Assembly: GCA_036149055.1 (NCBI GenBank)
Contig: JAYZQJ010000208.1
Coordinates: forward strand, 1 to 36,390
Origin: Myxococcota bacterium
GTDB lineage: Bacteria; Myxococcota_A; Polyangia; Polyangiales; Sandaracinaceae
Direction of reading: 5' to 3'
Length of the DNA stretch: 36,390 nt
Positions 1 to 10,064 of the stretch are shown piece by piece; position 1 is the first letter of the stretch; every line of letters begins with the position of its first letter. The translations under genes and the position numbers were made by a program. A model generated the notes under the pieces. It searched no databases and was not told where the DNA came from. It worked only from the letters and a program-made list of their open reading frames with translations.

Positions 1-161
1 CCCCAGCGCGGGGCGCTGGGTCCCCTGCGGCTCGCGCTCGCGCTGCGCGCGAGCTGGCCGCCCGCTGCCGCGGGATCGAACACAGGTGGTAGTGCGTTCG
101 GCGACCTCGCTGCGCTCGTCGCCTGCCGTCGTCTCGGGTCGGTGTTTGCCGCCTCTCGAGC
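1..161 (-). repeat. Dispersed palindromic repeat element, copy 1 (truncated by window start, internal deletion)
   Basis: Reverse complement reads GCTCGAGAGGCGGCAAAC...GACGGCAGGCGACGAGCGCAGCGAGGT...TTCGATCCCGCGGC...CCCAGCGCCCCGCGCTGGGG, matching 22210-22408 and 36251-36390. Confidence 0.9.
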
Positions 162-178
162 GCGAGGCTCGTCGAGCT

Positions 179-1045
179 TCAGCGGCGCAGGTAGATCGCG
201 CCGCGGGGGTCGGCGACGCCCGTGAGGTGGTTCTGCGCGTTCTCCCCGCATGGGTCGTGCGTGGGCCAGTTCATGTCGGTGGTGCCGTCCCAGTAGTAGT
301 AGAGCCGGTCGTGCATCAGGGCCGGGCCGCGCTGGTTGAGGGCGAGCTGGTAGGGCAGCACGTCGAGGCAGCGGCCGGTGATGTCGCGCACCAGGCGGCA
401 GCTCATGTCGCCCGCGCGCCAGTCCACCAGGCTGCCGCCGTCCTCGTCGCAGGCGACCCAGTCGTTGATGGTCGAGGTGACCAGCAGCGAGCCGCCGAGC
501 TCCGCCCAGCGACCGAACTCGAGCGCGCCGAAGTCGCTCGGGTCGGTCGGCGCCGAGGTCGAGACCGGCGTGGTGGGGACGGCGGGGTTGAGCGTCCAGC
601 TCGGGATTGGCGTGACCGCGTTCTCGCCCCGGCTGAAGCTGCCGTAGTTCGTGAAGGTGTAGCTGTAGACCAGCGTCCAGCCGCCGCCGTCGGTGGTCAT
701 GTCGCACCACACGTCGAGCGCCGGCTCCCCCGCGCCCTCGCCGTCGGGGTCGATGGTGTAGGCGCCGTCGCCGGTCGACTCGCCCATCTCCAGGATCTCG
801 AGGCAGTCGCGCCGGATCGGCGGCGGCGGCCCCGCGTCGAAGCCGGAGTCCGGGACGCCGGTGTCCGCGACGGTGCCGTCCGGCGGCACGACCCCGCCGT
901 CGCGCGTCATCAGCCCCGCGTCCCGTCCCCTCGCCCCCGCGTCGGGCGCGGCCGCGTCCTCGCCCCCGGGCTCGATCAGCCCTCCCTTGTCGAGCGAGCA
1001 GCCGGCGGTCAGCAAGAGGAGGACACACGACGTCCGTGCGAGCAT
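179..1045 (-). CDS. Lipoprotein with fibrinogen-related (FReD/YCDxxxxGGGW-type) domain
   Basis: Lipobox LLTAGC, DAG-rich linker, RDCLEIL..GDGAYTIDPDG..VWCDMTTDGGGWTLV motif. Confidence 0.85.
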   Translation of the reverse strand: MLARTSCVLLLLTAGCSLDKGGLIEPGGEDAAAPDAGARGRDAGLMTRDGGVVPPDGTVADTGVPDSGFDAGPPPPIRRDCLEILEMGESTGDGAYTIDPDGEGAGEPALDVWCDMTTDGGGWTLVYSYTFTNYGSFSRGENAVTPIPSWTLNPAVPTTPVSTSAPTDPSDFGALEFGRWAELGGSLLVTSTINDWVACDEDGGSLVDWRAGDMSCRLVRDITGRCLDVLPYQLALNQRGPALMHDRLYYYWDGTTDMNWPTHDPCGENAQNHLTGVADPRGAIYLRR

Positions 1046-1073
1046 CCACTCAGACTACACGAATCCGACAGAA

Positions 1074-1541
1074 TCAGGGCCATTCGGGCTGTCCGCCGCC
1101 GACGTAGTCGCCCAGGTCGGGTGCGTCCGGGTCCATGACCGTGCAGATGAAGCCGGGCCTACGGCGATAGGCCTCCAGCGCCGCGATGACCTCCGGCGAG
1201 CGGAGCGCCTCCGCGCAGGCCGCGAAGATCTGCTCCTTGGCGATCTTCCTGTCCGCTTCGAGGAGCCACTGCTCGAGCTCGGCCCCGCGAGGCCACTGGC
1301 CGGTGTCGCCCTTGGCGAAGTTGTAGAGCCGCCACGCCGCGATCTCGGACGTTGGGTCCTCGTCGACGATGGGGTCTTCGTCGGCCGTCAGGAAGCTGAG
1401 CTCCAGGTATCCGTGCCAGGGCATGCAGCCGAGGTCGAAGCCGCGCATCTCCTCGTCTGCCAGGCGAGGATGAGCGGCGGCCAGCTCATCCGCCACGGCG
1501 GTCGCGAGCGCGTCCCGGAACTCGTCCAGCGTCATCTTCAC
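1074..1541 (-). CDS. Hypothetical protein
   Basis: Protein-like acidic 155-aa ORF; GTG start overlaps TGA of upstream gene (GTGA). Confidence 0.7.
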   Translation of the reverse strand: MKMTLDEFRDALATAVADELAAAHPRLADEEMRGFDLGCMPWHGYLELSFLTADEDPIVDEDPTSEIAAWRLYNFAKGDTGQWPRGAELEQWLLEADRKIAKEQIFAACAEALRSPEVIAALEAYRRRPGFICTVMDPDAPDLGDYVGGGQPEWP

Positions 1542-1915
1542 TCTCCGGGCGCCGGTCGGCCGTTGGGGGTGCCGTAGCCCAGGGTCCGGATGTCGACGAC
1601 CTGGCCGGACTCGAAGGTCACGACGCGCACGAAGCGCTGAGGGCCGAAGTCGTAGACCCAGTCCTCGAGCTCGACCGCGACGGTGATCGTGTCGCTGATC
1701 ACCGAGCCGTCGGGGAGCTGGCGGTGGATGGTGCGGCTGCGCTCGACCACGCGCACCCGGATCTCGGTCGGCTCACCGCAGACCTCGCGCACCCGCGGCG
1801 ACGCGTCGCCCTGACGCACGAGCCGGTTGCCGCACTGCATCGCGTGGGCGGTGGTCGCGTGAACGGTGGCGCCGCCGAAGAGGGCCAGCGCGAGGCAGAA
1901 CGAAGCAAGTCTCAT
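1538..1915 (-). CDS. Secreted DUF2845-like protein
   Basis: Signal peptide (..AHA), MQCGNRLVRQGD and EDWVYDFGPQRFVRVVTFESG motifs. Confidence 0.8.
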   Translation of the reverse strand: MRLASFCLALALFGGATVHATTAHAMQCGNRLVRQGDASPRVREVCGEPTEIRVRVVERSRTIHRQLPDGSVISDTITVAVELEDWVYDFGPQRFVRVVTFESGQVVDIRTLGYGTPNGRPAPGE

Positions 1916-1936
1916 GGGTCCCCCGTGTCGCCCTCG

Positions 1937-2185
1937 TCAGGGCGCGCTCATCCCGTGGGAGCGAGCGTCGATCAACGCGCACTCCGAACCGCGACATTCC
2001 CAGTCGGCCCGGAAGCCGCAGCCGGTGCTCTCCCAGCGCTCGCCGCGGTCGTGATCGACCCGTACGTTGCGCCAGTCGCACCGGAACTCGCTCCCGTGAT
2101 GCTGCTGCACCACCTGGACCTGACGGGCGCCGCAGCCCCCGAGCAGCAGGATGCAAGACAGCGAGACCCAACCGCGGAACGTCAC
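1937..2185 (-). CDS. Small Cys-rich lipoprotein
   Basis: GTG at 2185 preceded by TACCCT-N6; lipobox LLLGGC; four further Cys. An alternative in-frame ATG with GGAGG lies at 2305. Confidence 0.6.
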   Translation of the reverse strand: MTFRGWVSLSCILLLGGCGARQVQVVQQHHGSEFRCDWRNVRVDHDRGERWESTGCGFRADWECRGSECALIDARSHGMSAP

Positions 2186-2381
2186 GACCGCAGGGTAGCG
2201 CGCCCCGACTCGGGGTCGAGGGTCACCGACACACGAGGACGCTGAACTCGACGCGGCGGTTGGTGGCGCCAGGATCGAGGTGAGAGCGAGCGTGATGCGG
2301 GTCATGTCGGTTCCTCCAGTTCGAGAGTCGGGCCGGCTCATCGCCCCGCGCGCGCGCCGGTTGCGCGATAAAGTGAGATCC

Positions 2382-4205
2382 ATGCGCCCGGCGCTCCTGC
2401 TCCTCCTCCTGCTCGGCTGCGACGGCTCGCTCGACGCGCCGGACGCGAGCCCGGAGGCGGACGTGGGCCCGACCGAGCCGGGGTGCGCGGACCTCGAGAC
2501 CCGGGTGGTCTGCGAGGAGGGCTGCCGGCGCGAGGCCTGCCGCGGCGACGAGGTCTGCGAGGCGGCCGCCTGCGTGCCGTGGACGGAGGCGACGCTCTTC
2601 GCGGACTTCACGCTCGACGTCTCCGGGCTGCGAGCGAGCGTCGAGGTGCTCCCGGGGGGCTTCCCGCGGCGGCACCTCGAGGCGCTCCGCTTCGACTTCG
2701 GGGACGGGACGGCGGGGTGGGGCGAGCGGCTCCGTCACGCGTACGCGGCCCCGGGCGTCTATCCGGTCGAGCTCGAGGTGCGCCTGACCGACGGCCGCGT
2801 CCTGTCGGCGCGCAAGCTGGCCGCGCTCGGATCGCTCGACGAGCATCGCCCGCTGCGCCTGACGGTGAACGCGATCCCCGAGGCGCTGAACGGGAGCGCG
2901 CCGTACCCACGCGAGGTCGGCGCGCCGGTGCCCTTCCACCTGCGGGTGCCGCGGTCGGGCTTCACGGTGGACGTGACCCTGCTGCCCGCGCCCGGCGACG
3001 CGATCGATCCATCGGCGGTCACGCTCCGGAGCGAGCCGCCGTTCGGCGCGCCGACGCTCGCCTTCGACGCGGACGGCGTGCGCGGCGTCTGGGAGGTGGA
3101 CGCGGACGCGCCGGAGGGCCTGGTGACCTTCGTCGCCGAGGTGACCAGCGAGGGCGGCGCCCGGCACGAGGCCCGGCTCACCGTCGAGGCGGTCGCCTTC
3201 GGCCCGGAGCTCGACCCCTTCGACGCCCCGCTGACCTGGCTCTTCCGGCTCGACACCGACTTCTTCACCACCCGGCGGGCGGCAGGCGGAGGCCTCGAGA
3301 GCGCGCCGACGCCGAACGGCGAGCCCGACCTCCTCGAGGAGCTGCGCCTCCTCGGCGCGCAGGGCGGGGACGCGGCGCTCGACGCGGCCTTCCTGCGCTG
3401 GATCCTCGACGCCATCCGCGGGCAGACCCTGCGGGTCTACGAGGGCGAGATCCCCCTCGACGTGGTCTGGCAGGGCGACCCGGGCGCGCCGGACCCGGCC
3501 GCGTTCCGACCCGACGGCGCGTTCTCGATGATGCGCTTCGGCGGCGTCTTCGACGGCTTCGTGGGCTTCAGCGGCATCTCGCCGCACCACGCCGAGCGCA
3601 TGGACGACTCCACCGCCGACCGCGGCGTGGCCACCGCGAGCTTGTTCTCCATCTTGCTCACCACGCCGGTGGTCTCCTCCGCGCTCGCGCCGATCGATCC
3701 CGCGCGCGGTCAGCCGATCGGCGCGCACCCCGCCGACGCCGCGGTGCTCGACCCGGGCTTCGATCCCTGGGGCGACGTCGAGCCCGACGCGCTCGCCCGC
3801 TACGAGACGCTGCGCACGCTGGCCCGCTACCTCGCGCTCGTCGTCTCCTCGGTGACCGCGCACGAGATGGGCCACGCGATGGGCTTGATGCCGAACGGCG
3901 CGCCGCCGGCGGGCTTCTTCGGCGACACCCCCGAGCCGCTCTTCGTCGGCGACGAGCGCACCGACCCGTGGCACGCGGACCTGCCGGGCCTGAACCTCAT
4001 GCAGGCGGGCGGCGACTACCTCGGAGTGGTCGACGACGCCCTGGCCTCTCTCGAGCTCCCGCCGGGCGCGGACCTGCTGCGCATCGCCGAGATCCTCGCG
4101 CTCGAGAACCGCCCCTCCGCCTACGCCCGCGCCTACCTCGAGGGCCGCCTCACCTACGTGGACGGCGGCGCCGGGCGAGGCGGCGCCGTCGGCTGCCGTC
4201 GGTGA
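2382..4205 (+). CDS. Lipoprotein with PKD domain and C-terminal zinc metallopeptidase motif
   Basis: MRPALLLLLLLGC lipobox; FDFGDG..HAYAAPGVYPVELEV (PKD); TAHEMGHAMGL (HExxH). Confidence 0.8.
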   Translation: MRPALLLLLLLGCDGSLDAPDASPEADVGPTEPGCADLETRVVCEEGCRREACRGDEVCEAAACVPWTEATLFADFTLDVSGLRASVEVLPGGFPRRHLEALRFDFGDGTAGWGERLRHAYAAPGVYPVELEVRLTDGRVLSARKLAALGSLDEHRPLRLTVNAIPEALNGSAPYPREVGAPVPFHLRVPRSGFTVDVTLLPAPGDAIDPSAVTLRSEPPFGAPTLAFDADGVRGVWEVDADAPEGLVTFVAEVTSEGGARHEARLTVEAVAFGPELDPFDAPLTWLFRLDTDFFTTRRAAGGGLESAPTPNGEPDLLEELRLLGAQGGDAALDAAFLRWILDAIRGQTLRVYEGEIPLDVVWQGDPGAPDPAAFRPDGAFSMMRFGGVFDGFVGFSGISPHHAERMDDSTADRGVATASLFSILLTTPVVSSALAPIDPARGQPIGAHPADAAVLDPGFDPWGDVEPDALARYETLRTLARYLALVVSSVTAHEMGHAMGLMPNGAPPAGFFGDTPEPLFVGDERTDPWHADLPGLNLMQAGGDYLGVVDDALASLELPPGADLLRIAEILALENRPSAYARAYLEGRLTYVDGGAGRGGAVGCRR

Positions 4206-4220
4206 GGTAGGCTCGTCCCC

Positions 4221-4691
4221 ATGGCCCTCCCCGTCCGCTCGGCCGATCACCTCACGCGGTGCCTCTCGTGCCGCGTGCACATTCGCGCCGCAGCCCGCCC
4301 CAGCCTCACCGACTGTCCTTTCTGCGGCGCCAACCTTCACCGCGATCGTGGGCGATGGGTGAACACCGGGCGCAGCGGGCTGCTCGCCGGGGCGCTGCTC
4401 GCGTTCACGGCGTGCAGTGAGGAGCCGCCGCCGGAGCCGAGCCCGGCGCCTCCCTCCGCGCAGCTCGGGCAGACCGCGCCCTCCGACCCGGCGCTCTCCG
4501 ACCCCGCGTCCGAGATCGAGGCGACCCACGAGCCGACGGACCAGTTCGAGGCGGAGCCAGCGGATCGCCCGCCGTCGGCTCCGCGCTACGGGCTCGCCCC
4601 GAGTCCGCGCCCCCAGCGGTCGATCGTCAACCCGTTCGAGCCCGAGCCGAGTGCAGCCAGCGAGCCCTCGGTCCTCGATCCGTTCGAGTAG
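4221..4691 (+). CDS. Zinc-ribbon/lipobox YG-motif protein 1 (putative rSAM substrate)
   Basis: CLSC..CPFC, GRSGLLAGALLAFTAC, acidic/Pro-rich tail with PRYGLAP; paralogous to the next two genes. Confidence 0.8.
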   Translation: MALPVRSADHLTRCLSCRVHIRAAARPSLTDCPFCGANLHRDRGRWVNTGRSGLLAGALLAFTACSEEPPPEPSPAPPSAQLGQTAPSDPALSDPASEIEATHEPTDQFEAEPADRPPSAPRYGLAPSPRPQRSIVNPFEPEPSAASEPSVLDPFE

Positions 4692-4750
4692 ACCCGACGC
4701 GACAGTCGCACGTCGAACGGGGTATCTTCAGCCGAACCGGAGGTCTCGCC

Positions 4751-5185
4751 TTGAAGCCGATCAAGTCCCGCCATGGTCTGACCCGCTGCACCGCGTGCCG
4801 CTCGCACATCCGCGCCGCCGAGCGCCCGAGCGGGACGAGCTGCCCCTTCTGCGGGGCCAACCTCGTGACCGGGAGGCGGAGGATCACGGCCCCGACCGGG
4901 CGGAGCGGCCTGGTCGCCGGCGCCCTCCTCGCGTTCTCGGTGACCGCCTGCGGCGGCTCGAGCCCCGAGGCCGACGAGCCCACTCAGCAGGTCGCGGACG
5001 ACGACGCGCCGGTCACCAGCGAGGATCCGCCGCCGGCCGACGACCAGTACGCCGACGATCCCGCCGACGACAACGCCGCGGTGGCCGAGTACGGCATGGC
5101 GATGCCGGAGGACGAGTACGAGGACGAGCCGTCCGACAGCCCGCGCCCGTCGCCGCGCTACGGCCTCGCGCCGGGACCGCGCTGA
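4751..5185 (+). CDS. Zinc-ribbon/lipobox YG-motif protein 2 (putative rSAM substrate)
   Basis: GGAGG RBS before TTG; CTAC..CPFC, GRSGLVAGALLAFSVTAC, EYGMAM and PRYGLAP. Confidence 0.8.
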   Translation: MKPIKSRHGLTRCTACRSHIRAAERPSGTSCPFCGANLVTGRRRITAPTGRSGLVAGALLAFSVTACGGSSPEADEPTQQVADDDAPVTSEDPPPADDQYADDPADDNAAVAEYGMAMPEDEYEDEPSDSPRPSPRYGLAPGPR

Positions 5186-5571
5186 TGGCGACGCGCTCCC
5201 GGCCCGGGCTCACCGTCTGCCCGCGCTGCCGCGCGCACGTCCAGGCCGGGGAGAGGCCGTCGACCACCGTCTGCCCGTTCTGCGAGGCGCCCCGCGTCGG
5301 CGCCGTCGGGCGGAGCGGCGTGCTCGCGGGGGCCCTGCTCGCCTTCGCCTGCGCGGGCCCGGACGCCCCCAGCGCCGAGCCGGAGCCGAGGCCGGACGAG
5401 CCGGTGGACGTCTTCGAGCCGTCCGACGAGAACATCGAGGTCGAGGCCTACGGGGCCGCGCCCCTGCCGGAGGACGAGCTCCCGCCCGAGCCGGACACCG
5501 AAGACGACGACGGCTGGCGCCCGCCGCCCGATGATCCGCCGGACGAGCCCATGTACGGCATCGCGCCGTGA
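5185..5571 (+). CDS. Zinc-ribbon/lipobox YG-motif protein 3 (putative rSAM substrate)
   Basis: ATG overlaps previous stop (TGATG); C-terminal part of track ORF 4417..5571; CPRC..CPFC, GRSGVLAGALLAFAC, AYGAAP and terminal MYGIAP. Confidence 0.8.
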   Translation: MATRSRPGLTVCPRCRAHVQAGERPSTTVCPFCEAPRVGAVGRSGVLAGALLAFACAGPDAPSAEPEPRPDEPVDVFEPSDENIEVEAYGAAPLPEDELPPEPDTEDDDGWRPPPDDPPDEPMYGIAP

Positions 5572-6926
5572 GCGAGGCGGACGTGAGCCAGGCGCGCCCG
5601 AGGCCGCCGGTCGGCGCCACCCCCGAGGAGCGACCGCGGGATCTGATCCGCGGCGCGGCCACCGGTGACGAGGCGGCGATCAGCTACGTGGTCTGGGAGA
5701 TCACGCTCGCCTGCGATCTCGGCTGCCGGCACTGCGGCTCGCGCGCGGGCAAGGCGCGCTCGGACGAGCTGAGCACCGAGGAGTGCCTCGACGTCGTGCG
5801 CCAGCTCCAGGACCTCGGCGTGCGGGAGGTGACCCTCATCGGCGGCGAGGCCTACCTCCGGGAGGACTGGGACGTCATCGCCCGCGCGATCGTCGACGCG
5901 GGGATGCGCTGCGGGATCACCACCGGCGGCCGCAACCTGGACGCGGAGCGCGTGGCCCGGGCGGAGGCGGCGGGCATCTCGACCATCAGCGTCTCGATCG
6001 ACGGCCTGGAGCGCACCCACGATCTCCAGCGCGGGGCGCGGGGCTCCTTCCGCGCGGCGGTGGAGGCGGCGGAGCGGGTCTCGGCCAGCTCGATGCGGCT
6101 CGCGACCAACACCCAGATCAACCGGCTCTCCATGCCCGAGCTCGTGGCGATGGCCGATCTCCTGATCGCGCTCGGCTCCGAGGCCTGGCAGCTCCAGATC
6201 ACGGTGCCGATGGGCCGCGCCGCGGATCGGCCGGAGCTCCTGCTGCAGCCTCACGATCTGCTCGAGCTCTTCCCGCTGCTCGTCTGGATCAAGCAGAACA
6301 AGCTGCAGCCCAACGGGATCCGCGCCTTCCCCGGCAACAACATCGGCTACTTCTCGCACTTCGAGGAGCTGCTCCGCTACGGCGGCGCGGGCGGCACGCA
6401 CTGGGCGGGCTGCGGCGCGGGGACGAGCTGCCTCGGGGTCGAGGCCGACGGCAAGGTGAAGGGCTGCCCGAGCCTCCCCTCGAACGAGTGGACCGGCGGC
6501 CTGACCCGCGAGCGCTCGGTCCGCGAGATCGTCGAGCAGACCGACGAGCTGACCCACCTCGGCGCCCGCACCCGCGACGACCTCTGGGGCTTCTGCGGCA
6601 CCTGCTACTACGCCGACGTGTGCAAGGCCGGGTGCACCTGGACCTCCACCGTCCTGATGGGCCGCCCCGGGAACAACCCCTACTGCATCCACCGCGCCCT
6701 CGAGCACGAGAAGCAGGGCGTCCGGGAGCGCCTCGTCCGCGTCGAGGCCGCGCCCGGCGATCCCTTCGACCACGGCCGCTTCGAGACCCTCCTCGAGCCG
6801 CTGCCGACCGCGACCGAGGCGACCATCCTCGGGGTGCCGCTCGAGCGGGTCATGACGCTCGGCGTCGACAGCCCCGGCCTCATCGACGAGGCCGAGGGCA
6901 AGCGCCGCCTCCGCATCCTGCGCTGA
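5568..6926 (+). CDS. Radical SAM/SPASM peptide-modifying enzyme, splicease (PlpX)-like
   Basis: WEITLACDLGCRHCGSRAG (CxxxCxxC), IGGEAYL, GNNIGYF, SPASM cysteines CGAG..GCPSL..CGTCYYADVCKAGC..NNPYC; GTGA overlap with protein 3. Confidence 0.88.
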   Translation: MSEADVSQARPRPPVGATPEERPRDLIRGAATGDEAAISYVVWEITLACDLGCRHCGSRAGKARSDELSTEECLDVVRQLQDLGVREVTLIGGEAYLREDWDVIARAIVDAGMRCGITTGGRNLDAERVARAEAAGISTISVSIDGLERTHDLQRGARGSFRAAVEAAERVSASSMRLATNTQINRLSMPELVAMADLLIALGSEAWQLQITVPMGRAADRPELLLQPHDLLELFPLLVWIKQNKLQPNGIRAFPGNNIGYFSHFEELLRYGGAGGTHWAGCGAGTSCLGVEADGKVKGCPSLPSNEWTGGLTRERSVREIVEQTDELTHLGARTRDDLWGFCGTCYYADVCKAGCTWTSTVLMGRPGNNPYCIHRALEHEKQGVRERLVRVEAAPGDPFDHGRFETLLEPLPTATEATILGVPLERVMTLGVDSPGLIDEAEGKRRLRILR

Positions 6927-6954
6927 GCGGTGGGCCGAGCGGCAGGGCGATCGC

Positions 6955-8402
<1,448 letters not shown>

Positions 8403-8406
<4 letters not shown>

Positions 8407-9884
8407 GCCAAGGCTCCCGGCTCTGGGGCCCGGAGGCCGCCGCGTCCAGACGCGCAAGGCACGGTGAGCCGGAAGACGCTGCCTTCGTCCGAGCTCTCGA
8501 GGGTCAGCGTGCCGCCGTGCGCCTCCGCCACCTCCCGCGCCAGCGAGAGCCCGAGGCCCACGCCGACGCTCTTGGGCGACCTCGGGACCGAGCGGGTGAC
8601 GAACGGCTCGAAGATGGTCTCGGCGAGGTCGGCGGGGACCCCGGGGCCGGTGTCACGCACGTCGACGCTCACCCACCGGCGGTCGGCGGTCACCTGTCGC
8701 GCCACCGTGACCACGCTCCCTCGCGGCGACACCGCCACCGCGTTGCGTACGAGGTTGGCGAGCGCGTGCTCCACCAGCGCGTCGTCCAGGTCGCAGAGCG
8801 CCGGAGGGCCCTCGCGCTCGACCGCGAGCTCGACCCCCGAGGTCTTCGCGTCGCGCCCCTCCTGCTCGAGCGCGGCGTCGATGACTCCGTCGATCGGGGT
8901 GCCGTGCCGGACCCGCAGGGGAGAGCCGGCCCGGAGGCGGGACAGGTCGAGGATGGAGGTGACGGTGCGGATCTGGCGCTCGCAGGCGGTCCGCGCGATC
9001 GCCACCACCCGGAGCTGCCGGGCGTCGAGCGCGCCCACCGCTCCGTCGGCCAGGAGCGCGAGCGCCTCGCGCATCTTGGAGAGCGGCGTCCGCAGCTCGT
9101 GCGAGCAGGATGCGATGAACCCCTGCTTGAGCGCGTCGAGCTCGGCGAGGCGGCGCCGCATGCTCTCGAGCTCTCCTCCGAACTCGACCAGCTCGGCGGG
9201 CCCGCCGACGTCGCGCACCGGCGTCCCGAGCTCTCCTTCGCCGAGCTTGCGCGCGGTGCGGGTGAGGGCGACGAGGGGCGCGGTGACGCTGCGGGCGAGG
9301 GCGAGCGACACGAGCGAGCCGACCGCGAACGCGACGCCGAACAGGATCAGGCCGCCCCACACGCCCGCGTTCCCGAGGCTGCGCATCTCCTCCTCTCGCG
9401 CGATGATCGCGTCGTGGAGGCCGGCCATGCGGTCCACCCACACGTTCGTCAGCTCCTCGTCGAGGGCCGAGCGCCGCGCCTGGAAGGCGCCCGACGTCAC
9501 CCGACCGCAGGCCTCGAGCGTGTCCATCTGGAGCGCGAGCGTCACGTAGCGCTCGCTGACCTGCGTGAGGTTCGGGTGCGCGTTCGGGGTGCGGTCCAGC
9601 ATCTGGCGCAGCTCGTCGGCCGCGGTCAACACGTCGCTCCTGACCCGCGGTGACCACGAGGGGTCGCGCGCGCACCGCTCGGCGGCGTGGCGGAGGGCGA
9701 CGTCCAGGCGCCAGCCGGCGCTGTGCAGCTCGGCCTCGCTGTCGAGCGACGACAGCTCGCGGAGGCGGAGCTGGGCCAGCGCCGACGTCATCCGGTTCAT
9801 CGAGACGAGCACGAGGGTCATCGCCACCGCGACGATGGCGAGGGGGATCGAGACCGAGAGCAACAGCCGGGGAAACAGACGCAT
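8403..9884 (-). CDS. HAMP-domain sensor histidine kinase (GlrK-like)
   Basis: Two TM segments, HAMP, SHELRTPL H-box, NLVRNA N-box, DTGPGV, GVGLGL; start MRLFPRLL inside track ORF 8403..11420. Confidence 0.9.
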
Positions 9885-9946
9885 CGGTGCCGCGGACCAG
9901 AGCACGTTCCGTGACAGCGGGCGACGTGGCGGCCGCCGAGGAGGGC

Positions 9947-9997
9947 GTCGGTCCTCACCGACACTGTCGGTGTTCGGGGGCGTCGGTCCTGACCGAC
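9947..9997. promoter_or_regulatory. Two palindromic activator sites GTCGGT-N4-ACCGAC (9947-9962, 9982-9997)
   Basis: Near-identical direct repeats, each an inverted repeat, 38 bp upstream of a sigma54 promoter. Confidence 0.7.
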
Positions 9998-10035
9998 GGT
10001 GCGCCAGGATCGCGCGGGGAGGGCGCCGGCTCGCT

Positions 10036-10050
10036 TGGCACGAGGACTGC
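10036..10050 (+). promoter_or_regulatory. Sigma54 -24/-12 promoter of SulP operon
   Basis: TGGCACGAGGACTGC matches TGGCACG-N4-TTGC with GG-N10-GC. Confidence 0.8.
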
Positions 10051-10064
10051 CATGTCGCCCTCGC

